A stretch of 64,000 nucleotides of DNA, from NCBI GenBank assembly GCA_051362555.1, contig CM120640.1, positions 37,901,967 to 37,965,966 on the forward strand, in the 5' to 3' direction. Made by a program: the position numbers and the translations under genes. The first letter of the stretch is position 1. Each line of letters begins with the position of its first letter. Under the pieces are notes generated by a model. The model saw only the letters and a program-made list of their open reading frames with translations, did not search any database and had not been told where the DNA came from. This DNA is from Lingula anatina (lineage: Eukaryota > Animalia > Brachiopoda). Positions 1 to 12,575 of this stretch are shown here, piece after piece.

Positions 1-425
1 GTTTAACACCTACATAAATCAAAATAGCTAGATGACATTTACTATTTTTACAAAAAGGTAGATATTAACACAGACTTTTTGCACATCAGCAGCATCACTT
101 TTTCCTCAGACTGTGGTTAACTGTTTCATCTCAGGCGTAAAGATTTTAAGGCAAATAATTGCAAAGGTGGACTAATTGGCCTTGAAAATAACTGATTACA
201 TGTCAGATAAAGCTGTTGCTTTACATTATTTCCAAAATTTAAAAATTAAATTTGCAGATATACTTTGCTTACTTTCGGTGTTTTATAGACTGGAGGGAAA
301 AATTATTAGTAGGTTTTAACAAGCAAAAATTTGAAGAAGGTCCAGTTTAAAGCTTTTTCCTACTTCTCGAAAGATTAATTTGGGTTGACATGTGGAAAGT
401 ACTTGTGATGTGTAAGAAACTGAAT

Positions 426-427
<2 letters not shown>

Positions 428-492
<65 letters not shown>
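428..492. repeat. (GT)n microsatellite
   Basis: Uninterrupted GT run; explains the THTHTH ORF at 375..599. Confidence 0.97.
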
Positions 493-494
<2 letters not shown>

Positions 495-1439
495 GAGGGG
501 ATTTTCTCTGGCTTCTTTGTTTCCTTGTAAAATGTTCTTGCTTTCTAATTGATACTGATCATAGTACAGATATTTACTTATATTTAGTAACTGCACCACT
601 TCTACTGACTAAAAAGGGTAAGTAAGCACTGGTAGATATGTAACAAAATTTTCATGCTAGAGAAATCGACCATCACTAAGATTTTTAAGAAGAATACCAA
701 TTAGACAGAGCTTTCCAATGCAGTACCAAATAAATCTGATTCATTAATTTAAGTGTAGGAAAATGATGAACATTTGAAGGCCTCATTTTCAGTCTCCTTT
801 AGCAATGAAAACGTAAATGGTTGTGACCTACCACCTCTAACACACTGATTCAGGTGGTAAGACCTGATAATTAGGGACAATCTAGACAGGATATCCAAAA
901 TTCATACCTTTAATTAGCTGAGACAATTGTTAAGCCAAACCTTTGGGTCACATGGTTTAAGAAGACTTCTACAATTGGGGGTGGGGGAGGGATAACTGTG
1001 GCGGTTGGGTGTATTTATTTTAGGAATGTTACCTAATTTGTGCAGATAAATAAATTTTCATCACATCTTTATATACGTAAACAAGTTTTAAAAAATGAAG
1101 TTTTATGAGTAGTCAGTGAATAAAAATGTGTATGCTGTATACTGAACAAATTGTAAGGTTAGGTCAATAATGTCAGTTAATTACCTAACCATATTTTTCA
1201 ATTCATATAACCCTTCTCTTGTGCATTAGTGTTTCCTATGTTTACTCCAGTCTAGTGTACACTTTCCAGTATATTTCCCTGTATTTCAAATCTGAGTATG
1301 ACTGCAACATGCTAAACCTGAAGCACTTTATTTAATTCCAGTCAATACAAGATACAAAGAAAGAAATGTGGGCTTCAATAAAAGTATGTCTTATGGTTTA
1401 CCAAGGCTAAAAACAGCTTCAACATGAAATCAGGGAATA

Positions 1440-1740
1440 GATTCAGATTCTTTATTGACAAACACCTTCACATAAAGGTACAATCAATTACAATACGATA
1501 CTAGTGGCTAGAACATAGAACAGACAAATAAATAGATAAATAAATATATATATATACATATAGATTAGCAATTGTTGAAATCAGTGACTATACACGTGTA
1601 TACGAATGTCGCATTCCATAATCAATTTACCAGGTTTGATCTACACGCCCAGTCTCTGCTGACAGCGCATAACGGGTCTCACACTGGTACTATGATCTGG
1701 TGTGAGACCCGTTATGCGCTGTCAGCAGAGACTGGGCGTG
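1440..1740 (-). mobile_element. Short 5'-truncated non-LTR retroelement insertion with terminal fold-back
   Basis: Minus strand ends in AATAAA-GAATCTGAATC, a LINE-type tandem tail. The other end is a perfect 41-bp inverted repeat (1644-1684 / 1700-1740). GAATA flanks both ends (1435-1439, 1741-1745) as a candidate target-site duplication (TSD). Confidence 0.5.
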
Positions 1741-2294
1741 GAATATAAGGAGAAGCACCACAGCAGCTGCTGCCAAACAGATGCACTTGTTGCTGACCAT
1801 AAAATGTGTAATGTGTAGCAAAACTGTAACATACAAACTTGAAAGCGTTAAATGGCTAATAATGAATGCCCTAATTTGTCCGTGCATAATTTGGAGAGAA
1901 AATAATAATTAAAAATCTTACGTCTATGGCCAGAGACTTTCGCAGGATATTGACATTCTTTTGCATCCTCTTATCATGGGCCGCTTATCATCCCTTGGCC
2001 GTCCCTTATTATATTATTTAAATTTTACTGTTAGCAGTAGTATTGTATATTAATTAGGCAAGGACGTGGCAATTAGCACTAATTACAACATATCTCCTTA
2101 AATAACAACATCGCCCTTATTAAGCTTCATAACAAAGATTACATTGAGCGTAAAATGAAAATAGCTTAAATACGGGAAAAAAAAGTAATCTCGGAGTCGA
2201 ACAGCTGATCGAGGGCACCAAGTAAATAAAACTCACTATTACTACCACATAAAGCATTTTCTTTTCTTTAGTTGTAACTGAAAGTTAAAGAAAA

Positions 2295-2467
2295 ACTCAC
2301 CTACTTGTCAATTCCTGCAGTTACAAGTTGAAAGTTATCAAATATTCGCTTCTATTAGTCATCCAAAGTGTGCAGATGCTTCCAGATGTGGATACACACA
2401 AAGCGATTCTTTGTTTACGGATATGACGTCAAATAATGCATGTCGGGAAGGGTTTGTTTAAAATACA
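2295..2467. promoter_or_regulatory. DEPDC7 promoter, probably bidirectional
   Basis: CRE palindrome TGACGTCA at 2424-2431 and forkhead-type TGTTTAC at 2412-2418 lie just upstream of the ATG at 2468. A perfect minus-strand donor AG|GTGAGT lies at 2301/2300. Confidence 0.45.
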
Positions 2468-5400
2468 ATGGCGGCCTCATGGAAAGGTTCGCCTCTGTTA
2501 TTAAATTTTGAAAGACGGCACAGCTATGCTAAACCAGGAGGTAAGTTTTATTAAAAAGCTTGTGGCATTGTTTTTTAAACTTGTGTGGATATAACTTTCG
2601 AAAAAATCTACTGTGTCCATTCTTTTTGTGTACTTTTATAGTTTTATTTACTGGAGGTTCATGTATGTAATTTTACTTCCTCATGATCCCGTCCTCATGA
2701 TCCTTGTCATTTTCAAAGCGACTACTCTAGTCCAGGATTGGGGGATGCCAGATTATATTAGTTTAAATTCATGGATGTTAATGTGCTGTAAAAATGTGTG
2801 ATTATGAAGATATTTTGGCATATTCCATGACGTAATTGGACCCTGCGGCTATTTACAGCTGTCATAAACAATGATTGGATTGTCTGGATGATAAGGACAC
2901 ATAAGTCATAATTCGAGACTTTTTAAAGTGTTGAATGCCCTGTAATCTGCCTTTGAATATCCAAATATATGTTGGAACAGCTTTTTAGCGCCCTCCCCCA
3001 GAATAAGTGCTTTTTACAAGCATACTTAAATTGTTACCATGTTTACTACAATTTTATAAGGTCTTTATTAACATATGTGTGCATACATATATGAACTTAC
3101 TAGTAACTTTTTTAATTAAAAAATTCTCTCAAGGTTTATTCTATGTTAGATATTGTGTCTGCAGAAGTGAATTATCCTCTTCATTTCTTTTCAGGTCAAT
3201 TTAAAGCAACTCAGATGTGGAATGAGCTGATTGAAATCTTGAGACACCGAGTTGATGTCAAACGTCGTAGACACCTGATGAAGTACTACGATGACTGTTT
3301 CACTGGGTCAGATGCTGTGGATGTGATGCTCAGACATCTTTTAGATGAAGGGCAGGCATGTGGGAAGGAAATCAGCAGGGAGAATGCTATTAAAGTATGG
3401 AATTTAAATGAACCAAATTCTTCATCAACTAGTACATCTAATATAATATATCTACTATAAAAAAAAACAAGACTGTAAATTTATGCTTTTTGTTATTAGG
3501 AAAGTCAAACTCAAATCATTTTGACATCTATCAATTTTAAGCCACTATACTGCGAAACTATTGTGCTGAGGCCCTGGACATGACAGATGTTGCCTTTAAA
3601 GAGCAGGTGTTTCCATACAAAAGCAGCAGCCTTAAGTAAGGGTCAATTCATTAAAACCTTAAACATATATTCATAGCTAAATTTTATGCCTTACAGCTGT
3701 GCCAAACTTTTATGGATAACAACATATTTGAACCAGTATGCAGCAAAGCCAGTTCAAGTGAAGAAAAGAAGCCAATGTTTGAAGACAGCAGTAACAAGTT
3801 TTACAAGTTTATAGAGCCGCCTGATTCTGAATATGGCTTCAGTGATGAAAACATTGATGAAGTAGATACAGATATGATGGACAGTCATGAAGTGAAGGAA
3901 ACACTTCCAAGAAAAGATACAAAAATGAGGTAAGGAAACCATTTGCCTTATGATATCATTCCTTTTTATCATCACTAAACAAAACTATTCTGATTTAGTT
4001 TTGTGGAGCATTTTTAATTTATTCAGTAAATTAAGCCAGATGTTTTATTCTCTTTAAATTTGGACTGTGACTTGCACAACAACTAAGAAAGTACAGTGAG
4101 CAAAATTTCAAGGGTTCCTTGACAATTTTTTACTACTTCAATAGTATAACTATAATATCATGTGAACTTCAGACTTGAACATACCAGTAAAACAAACATT
4201 TAAAGACCGCTTTTTCTTTACTTCAATTTGTCAGGAAGAAAGTTACATACATAGTACATTCGAAACATGTGCCATTCACATATTTTGAGCAATGCTGAAG
4301 TGCAATTTGATAAGATAACTAATAGTAATATCATTGGAATAAATATCAGAATAAATTAAAAGCATTGGAAATCTTGTATAATTGTTCCTTTTATTTTTGT
4401 TGTTATATAATTTTTCCCTTTTTTTGGTTTTGTTTTTTTAAGATTCAAAAACATTTATCTAAGTGATGTCAGTACAGTTAACCTTGTATTATTTTCAAGA
4501 CTTAACAGATCCTGATAGCAGCAAAATTGCTGCTTTGATAGTGAATTCAATTACTAAAGAATTTATGTAGTCCAATTGTATTAATTATTTTAAGCAGTCT
4601 ATCCAAGTTAATCCAGCAAGATTATGCAATGCTAATCCTGATTCTAACACTGCCCAGCACATTCCAGGTGCATTTGCAGGTGTTTGCCACAGCAGGTAAA
4701 TGGAAACACCTGTTGATAATATAAAACTGCATGCTGTGCTATGAATACGTATAAGGAGGAAAGACAGGTGTTGTTATCGAGGTTCCTTGCACTTTGCCTG
4801 CCTGCTAATAGCAAAACAACCCCCCCCCCCAAAAAAAAAAATTATGTGTACATATTACTGTTTTCTTTATTTCTTGTTCTTGTGCTTTTCAGAATTCATA
4901 AAGAAGTGGAGCCTGATCTGATAGATGGAGAGGGAGTGTACAGTAATCCAGTGGTGGTGAATCGCCAGGGACAAGTCTTACAAGAGATCATCAATATCAA
5001 AGACTCAATACGAAAGAGAAGCTCAGACATATCAGACTCTATGAAAAGGAAAAGCAGGGATTTTGTCAAAAAGAACTTTACTCCAGATGTATTTAGGAGT
5101 CCACCTAAAATTGCCTGGCAGGGCAATCAAGGAACACCTCTTTCAGACTGCTTAAAGAAGAGACGTATACCTGCAGAAGGTAGATATACAAATCTAACAC
5201 ATCACAGCCTGAAGCCATATTGTCTCAACAACAGCATTCAGCCTCTGCTGCACACCTGTTGAAGCCCTCATTCATAACAAGCTGCAAGATTGTAGATTGG
5301 GCAAAGGATTTATTACATCGATCATTGACTGTGGCTTTTAGCTGCACTAATGCAGATCTCAATAAATTTTGATTGTTCTTTAACTTAATTGATGTCAGTG

Positions 5401-8105
5401 CATTGACTGTTCTATTACATGCATGTTACATGTTTGTTTCATTACTTTAAGCATTGAGAGTTTATTTTAGCTTTTCTTTCAAAGATTTTTTTTTTTTTTT
5501 TTTTTTTTTTGCATGGGTGAAGGGTTACGGAAGACGCTATTTGAAGAAAAATTTGCAATAAGTGAGTTATGGTGTGGTGTGACGTTAACCAAGTTCTTAT
5601 TCAGTAAAACAAATGAAAGCAGTTCCAAAATGAAAAGAAAAATTAGACATTATAGGGTAAATTCATCTTTGAAATGCATGCAATCTTTTCACATGCTTTT
5701 CAGTGAAAGAAGAGCTATTCAGAGAGGCAGCTTTGGCAAAACTTCTAACGATTATTGACTTGCCAATGCTAGATGGTATCTTGATGGATGCCAGCCGAGA
5801 GAAGAAAGCAACAAGGCATAATACTGTTATATTCAACACAGGTCATGCTAGTCCCTGTTATATTGGATCAGAAAGGTGAGGGACACTTTGTTGTATAATT
5901 GTTTGTAAGAAAAAGTTAAGGGGCAATAAGCATTGTCTTACTAATAGATATTCTGGCTTCTCTTTAGATATCCCGTACTTAGTCCAAAGGCATGCTACAT
6001 TCCTGTTAGGATATAAAATTACAACCCCCTGGTCAGAAATTGCATATATGTGTGTGTGAGGTAAAAATGATAGGGATGTGTGTTACCATTCAATCTACTC
6101 GAGCTAAATTGCTTTTTAAGTAGTCCTTCTTAAAAACATGTTATAATGGAATCTGACCATTATTTCATTCCTCTGTCTATCAGGCCCAGTGATCCTTGGA
6201 TAAAGGGAGCCCTGAGCCTGCTGGACCACATCCCAGCAGGCATCTCCATCCTCACCAGCCTGGCCAACGAGCTCATGTCTGCCGAGGAGCAGAAGTGGAG
6301 GCTGTTTCAGACCCTAGCAGGCCACTACAGTGCAATGCCCCAACCTTTGCTGTCAGACAAATGCCTGGATCTCTATGTCGGGATCATCAAACTGATCAGT
6401 GAAGGAAAGCGGTCTGGCTTGGAAGCTCTTCAACTTAGCATGTTGCTGTTGCCCACGGACATAAGAGCCGAGTTAAAGAAGCTCCTCAAGTTCATGCAAG
6501 TGGCGGCTTCTGATGGTGAAATGAAGCTTGATCCAAAGGTACATTTCGTGCATGGATTGGTTTTTGAAAACTATGGCAATGAGTCATAATTGCATACTTA
6601 TGTTGCATACTCATTTGTTATGCCCATAAAACTGTTCAATTTGTTAATTGGTATCTTTTCATGAGAAAAGAACTAACGTTCTCATGGATTGGTTTTTGAA
6701 ATCTTTAGTAATGAGTCATAATAGCAGAGTTGGGTTTCTCTTTACTTTCCATGTCCACACAACTGTTCTAATTGTGAATTGGTATCTGTTCGAGGGAAAA
6801 GAAGTGTATCATCATTGATTGAAGTTTTTTTTATGAAAACTTATCTATGTGAAATGACAAGGGACCAATCTACCTCCAGTGCCTAATTTAATATCGATTG
6901 CATTTCAGCTGAGTAACAGAGAGGCAGTGAATAACATATTCACTGGGGCTGTCTTCAAATGTAAGCTGCTTGCTCCACAGCCTACAAGTCTTCTGGTCAT
7001 GTTCATGATGGACAACTGTGATGCTGTTTTTACTACTCCTAAAGACATTAAGTTCATGGTTATGCAAAGCTTACAACAGATGAAGGGCTCTGAAATGGAC
7101 CCAGTTGTTGGTAAGAATTTGGAGCATGAGAAAGCTGGGTTCTAGCCAGGAAGTGCAATTAAATGAAATGCTGTTGAATTCCTGTAACCAATTTGGCAAA
7201 AATGTGTTTTAGCCTTCTCATATCATAAAAGTTAACAAAAATAAATTACTGTGTAAAGATTGCACACACTACCAACTATTGACAGCAAACCTGCAGCAAC
7301 TGTTTCACTTTTTTCATCAGTGCCCCCCCAAAACCACTTATCAGTATTTATTTTTATTTATTAATGAAAAATTAACAAGGTTATATTTTATATATGCACT
7401 CACATGTAAAGGTATACACCTTGAAAAACATGGCACTCCACCCCCCCCCCCACCCCCCACCCACCCCCCACCCCCCAAAAAAAACCTGCACTTCACCCAA
7501 AACCAGCACTTCACCCCTCATTAAAACTTTTAGTATGAAATGTGATTTGTCCAAGTACATCCCTATGTCTCTGCTGACATTTGGATGAAAAGTTCCATCA
7601 GTGAATAAAATTTCTCTGCAAAGACAACAGCATGTTTGAGTAAAATGTCACAATTATAAGTGTTGGAGTCTCAGATGAATTTGTAATGTAACTTATGCCC
7701 GATTCATACTTCTTTCACAGTTACCATTTCTTAGCCTATTTTGATTAATATCAACTGGTGTATACCCCTGAGGGTGGAAAAACAAACAAACAAAAAGACT
7801 TGTAATTTCATTTATGGCTACCTATTCAATTTGGCTTGAGTGAATGCACTCTTGACTCGTCCCATTTTCATTTAGAATCAATGTTAATCATTTCAGCTGA
7901 AACCTTCACATATTGCGACAGGGTTACGCAGGAGGAATACAAAAAACAGATGGAGGATTACACGGAGCAGTGTCTGCGCAAGATTATGGACGGCATTCTC
8001 GATGATACAAGCATTTCCCTAAAAGAAAAGAAAAGTCGAGTGAAGCAGTTTCAAAGACACCACCCGTACATTTTCAACAAATTCTTTTCAGATTTAAAAG
8101 AATGA
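2468..8105 (+). CDS. DEPDC7: DEP domain-containing protein 7-like (DEP plus RhoGAP-like domain), about 576 aa
   Basis: Exons 2468-2540, 3195-3394, 3697-3929, 4893-5179, 5704-5875, 6184-6538, 6909-7110, 7897-8105; all GT-AG with matching phases (1731 nt). Motifs FKATQMWNELI..VKRRRHLMKYYDDCFTGSDAVDV (DEP), LLTIIDLPMLDGIL, EALQLSMLLLP..ELKKLLKFM and QFQRHHPYIF match the DEPDC7/DEPDC4 family. Confidence 0.9.
6551..6803. repeat. Diverged 2-copy tandem duplication (about 132-bp period) in DEPDC7 intron 6
   Basis: CATGGATTGGTTTTTGAAA..AATGAGTCATAAT..AACTGTTC..AATTGGTATCT..GAAAAGAA occurs at 6551 and again at 6683. Confidence 0.8.
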
Positions 8106-10582
8106 CATGCAGATCTTCGACAACCAAATGATTCTTCAAGAAAACATGAGATTCAAGTTTTAAAAACTTGACATTTACTTTGTGTTGTGTTATGTGTTAA
8201 TGTTTGAGAAGTATCTGGTATTTTGTGTTGTTCTAAGCCTTACCTAAAGTGATAGCATTACAGCAACGTGATATTTGTTTTAATTTATTCATTTCATTCT
8301 GTCTCCTTGATCTCATTTGTTAAGAAATTATTTTTATTTATAAGCCCTGTAATATCTTACAAATTCAGTAATAATTTACAAAAATACATACAAATATGTT
8401 TTATTGCATTTACAGTGAATATTGTTATTAAGCACTTCAAAAACTGATGGGGCACTTGGTGGCCAGCTGGGTCTCTGACTCCCATCAAAGTCTGTCAAAA
8501 CAAAAACTATAGTTGAGTGCCATTACATGTAGTACTGGTTAAATGCCCATAGGAATACTCAGAGCGGAGGTACCTCCGTTGCATAAGAGATCTGGGCCTC
8601 TCCAAATTGCTCTCCATTGACCCATTATCTGTAAATAATACTTCTTGGGCGAATGCCACGGCCAAACATAGTACATTATGCATTGGTGGGAGAAACTTCA
8701 TTAGTGCACACTGTATTGGTGCCGTTGTTACTTAAAAACATTGATTTCAATCTTTCTTGCAGCATTTTGTTTGCCACATACCCGGTTTTGTATCTCTTTG
8801 TCGCCTTGGGCCAAACTTACTGGATAAACCCTTTATTTATCGCTATTTGATTTTCTTCTGCGCTTGTTATCATTTGCACTCTATAGTTCAATGATAATTG
8901 TATTAAATATCTAGTCGTGTAATTGTGTATAAATGTCCATTTTGATGTATATAAATTTAGATGCAATATGTGTTAATGTGACTATGAATTCTTACCATTC
9001 TGATACTTTGATATATTTTAATTTCAAATTTGGATATAATCCGTTAAATCTCATGTATGTTTGGATTTTTCATGTTAATAAAATATCTCTGATGGTGTCA
9101 GCTATGAATGCATTTTTTTTCAATATGTAACTAAATAAAGGCGGTTCAGGTTAAGCTATCTTTTGCGTTATTATTATGCTGATAGGTGATGAAAAGTGAA
9201 GCTAACGTCGTGGATTCTCTTTTTCTCGTTTGTTATATATAACGAATTGCATACTTGAAGGGATCGGTGATTTTTTTACATTTTTTCAGTCAAATGCATT
9301 TTCAAGAGGGTACGGTTCACACGCCATTTTCGATTGTCAGACCTTGTGCATTCTTGTGATCGTCGCAAAAGGTGCTTTTCATTGTGCCAATGTTTTTAGT
9401 GCCAGGGGAAAAACCAAAAGCTGCAATAGCTCCGCTCTTCTGTTTTAATCAGTATTAAGCTGTTTTATATCTTATAACTATCTACATTTATTATCTACGA
9501 TCGAAATCACGTGCGGTTAAAATTCAATTATCTCCACCCGGCCCCACTTCATCTTCATTGTTACAACTCTGGAGAATTACTGAACATAAGGCATCGATTT
9601 TGTTTGGCACAAATGATCATTTCGCTGTATTCGAATTTTAAGAAGAAAGCCAAGTTCTGCAGGGACTTTTTGTTATCGAAAAATATTGAAATGGCATCAC
9701 AGTGTTAAGGTACATTAAACAATTATAGAAACTTGCATGCCCTTTGGCCCTGCGGAATAGACCTCTCCATCTCTTTCCTTTCCTCCCTTCCTCGTTTCTT
9801 CCTTCTATCAACAATATGTGGTAAATCGAGTAGCGGTTTCGCTTGAACTTTGCCCAATTAAATGGGAGGGTCTAATGGCTTTAAGATGTTTCTACTTGCA
9901 GTGCATCTCTGGCGCAAGTTTTTCCCTTGTCCAAATGGTATACGTGTATGCATTAATTCAATTTCCTCCGTGCAGAATAGACAGAGAGAGTTGGTATCTT
10001 ATTGATACAACATACTCAACAACGCATCCCAAGGGGGTGATAAATGGTTTATTCTTCAAATGAAATAGGTCTTTATCGGATTTTCCACTTGAAGCAGCCA
10101 CTGTCCTCTGCCCTCGATTTTCTCTGCGCGGCAACGCCAATTGACTCTTACGCTATGTTTTTTTAAAAACCCAATTATCTTAAAAGCTTACAATTAAAAC
10201 AGATAAGATTACAATCCATCATTGTTTCGTTGGACAGAAACTAAGCAACCGAAATAATTCAATAAGCGGAGAGAAATTCGACCAACTTTCCATAAATCAC
10301 AATAAAAGTCATAATCTTTTTCAATCGCGTCATCAGCAATCTGCATTGAAGTTCATTTACATAAGCTCTGTATAACTTACAGAACTACAACATGTAGCAA
10401 TTCTAAGAAATCCTAACTTCTAATAGTAATGATAAATTTTAAAAACCAATGTCACCGATAAACGGATATTGGGTCCTGGATATGTTCACTAATGTGAGGT
10501 CTTAACGACTGCAGGGACACGAAAACGACGCTTGCATGAGGCGTTCGCCGTCTGTCTACATTATTCATGTTGCTGGCAACAG

Positions 10583-11701
10583 TCACAAAGGCACTGCGAT
10601 AGCAATAACGAGGGAAAATAAAGCACAGATAAATCCACCGTTCTTATTCCCCGAGTTAGATGGGCAATCATCTATACACGAGGACTCCGCTGTGACGCGT
10701 CCACAATCTTCAGTTGGGAAAGAAACTACCGATTCCCCACGAAGTTCTTTAGGGGTACCGCAGCTTCCCGAGGGTGTTATTTCTAAAGATCGAAGCCATT
10801 TAAGCTCGCAGTCGCAGTGTAGGGGATTCCTTCCGACGTGCAAAAATACCTCCCTCTTATCGAGTCCAACGATAACCATATTATCCAGACTCTGCAACTT
10901 GTTCTTATTCAGCCTTAAATCAGTAAGATTCCGGAGCCCATTGAAGGCTTTGGGGGCAACTTCTGTAATTTGGTTCTCGTTTAGAAACAGTTGCCTTAAC
11001 GTTGTCACACTGGAGAAAACACCTGGATCAACGCGTGTTAACTTGTTACGGGTAAGAAACAGCTTTTTCAATCGGTTCAACCCCACGAATGCATTTACGT
11101 GAATCGAGGCAATGTAATTATAATTCAGATTTAACACCTCAAGGTTGACTAAGCCTGCGAATGCCAAAGCTCCTATTTTCTTGATTTCATTATCGAAGAA
11201 ATATAGTTCTTTCAGATTTTTTAATCCGTCTACTGTACTCGGGTTGATCACCTGTGTGGTGTTTTCTATCCTGTTTCTTATCAGCGTTAAACTCTCTAGA
11301 TTAATCAGGCCATGAAACGCCCCGGGAGCAACGGTGAGCGTGCTAACATTACCAACTGGATGCTGCTCGGCCAAGTTCAATTCTCGTAAACCCGGGATGT
11401 TCCGAAATGCATAACTTTGAATGTGGTTGATTGAGTTGTACCTGAAGTCAAGTTTTCCAATAACATCATCAGTTTGTAGAAAGTTAGGCATATTTGGTCC
11501 ATATCCCCTGAAGTTACAGTCTATATCCCACTTGAATATTTCGCCGCTTTCGGGAATGCAGAAACAGATTTCCGTGGTCTGGTCGGGGGTCTCCGTTACG
11601 GGGCAGGATGGTTCATACCCTTGACCAATACAATTTTTTAACATAACGGACATCAAAAAGGCCAATGGAATAAGTGTCATGTTTCCCAGCCTGAAATCCA
11701 T
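10583..11701 (-). CDS. Secreted or GPI-anchored leucine-rich-repeat protein, 372 aa, single coding exon
   Basis: Signal-peptide-like N-terminus, Cys-rich LRRNT, about 8 LRRs (LxxLxLxxNxIxxIxxxAFxGL), LRRCT (NPLHCDCELKWL..CGTPKELRG..C), short stalk and a terminal hydrophobic tail with no cytoplasmic segment. Acceptor at 11741; likely 5'UTR exons at 12984-12856 and one ending at 15872. Confidence 0.9.
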   Translation of the reverse strand: MDFRLGNMTLIPLAFLMSVMLKNCIGQGYEPSCPVTETPDQTTEICFCIPESGEIFKWDIDCNFRGYGPNMPNFLQTDDVIGKLDFRYNSINHIQSYAFRNIPGLRELNLAEQHPVGNVSTLTVAPGAFHGLINLESLTLIRNRIENTTQVINPSTVDGLKNLKELYFFDNEIKKIGALAFAGLVNLEVLNLNYNYIASIHVNAFVGLNRLKKLFLTRNKLTRVDPGVFSSVTTLRQLFLNENQITEVAPKAFNGLRNLTDLRLNKNKLQSLDNMVIVGLDKREVFLHVGRNPLHCDCELKWLRSLEITPSGSCGTPKELRGESVVSFPTEDCGRVTAESSCIDDCPSNSGNKNGGFICALFSLVIAIAVPL

Positions 11702-11898
11702 AATCCAATGTATTCAGGTTTCGCCCTGGATTTATGCAGTGCTGAAAGGTAAAAAAAAAATTACATGCAGTCCTGTTTAAAACAGTTTGACATTCTTCGA
11801 CAGAAATTCCATGTGAAAATTTTGCCTACCTCAGTCTTTACAACGCGCTTTAAACGCGTCAAGTTTTTCAAAACCTCAAGGTGCGCGATCTCTTTTAA

Positions 11899-12575
11899 AG
11901 GGGACACTGAAGCCGATTATTGACAGATTATTGTGTGCCTTGGCTAGGTCCAATCAAAACATAACTTATAAAATTATGTTAAAATGTAATCAATAAACAT
12001 TATACCAACTGAAAAACACCCAGAATAATGGTACATATTTTTGCAGCAGTAAATAACAGCTATCTATTTTACAATTCAACCAGCCTTAGATGATTTTACA
12101 TCAACAAACCTTGTCTCATATATCGCAGATGTTTTACTGTTCCCGCTTTTTCAAATGCCAACCGCACGGTTTTACTGTCGAATTTGCCAAATACTCCCGA
12201 AATATCCGCTCAGTAATTTGCTTGATTGATCCACTTAACACGAGGCAAAACTCGGAATGATAGCAACCGATGAACAAACAACGTATCGTCTATGATACCC
12301 AGCAGTACGAAATCGCTTGTAAGCCCAGTCCTCTCTATTTCCTCTGAAGCACTGTTGAGTCTGGGTCCCATTTCTACGTGTGCAGTATTAAATTAAAAAG
12401 CCACGCAACGTAATGGCTAGTTCAGAAATAGTAGGGCAAATGGTAGTGCCTTAAATGAAGTGGTAGTTGATAATGGAAAGATAATATTCCAAGGAATTCT
12501 TTTGCTGACAAATAGAAACTGAATACAATGATTTAGATCAATTTTATTGATTAATAAACGTGTCCAGTGGCATCT
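11899..12575. mobile_element. Old non-autonomous DNA transposon (Kolobok-like MITE, TTAA TSD)
   Basis: TTAA|AGGGGACACTG ... CAGTGGCATCT|TTAA: imperfect terminal inverted repeats (12/15 including the TTAA), in an intron of the LRR gene 5'UTR. Confidence 0.45.

Noticed and set aside
375-599. 74-aa ORF with a TH repeat
   Set aside because: Translation of the (GT)n microsatellite.
8500-8880. Minus-strand stretch that reads protein-like (…IAINKGFIQ*VWPKATKRYKTGYVANK…)
   Set aside because: Several in-frame stops and no family I can recognise; a BLASTX would be needed to call a pseudogene.
9700-10140. Short ORFs between DEPDC7 and the LRR gene
   Set aside because: No motifs and no consistent splice structure.
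10536-11102. 188-aa plus-strand ORF
   Set aside because: Antisense shadow of the LRR coding exon, with no independent features.
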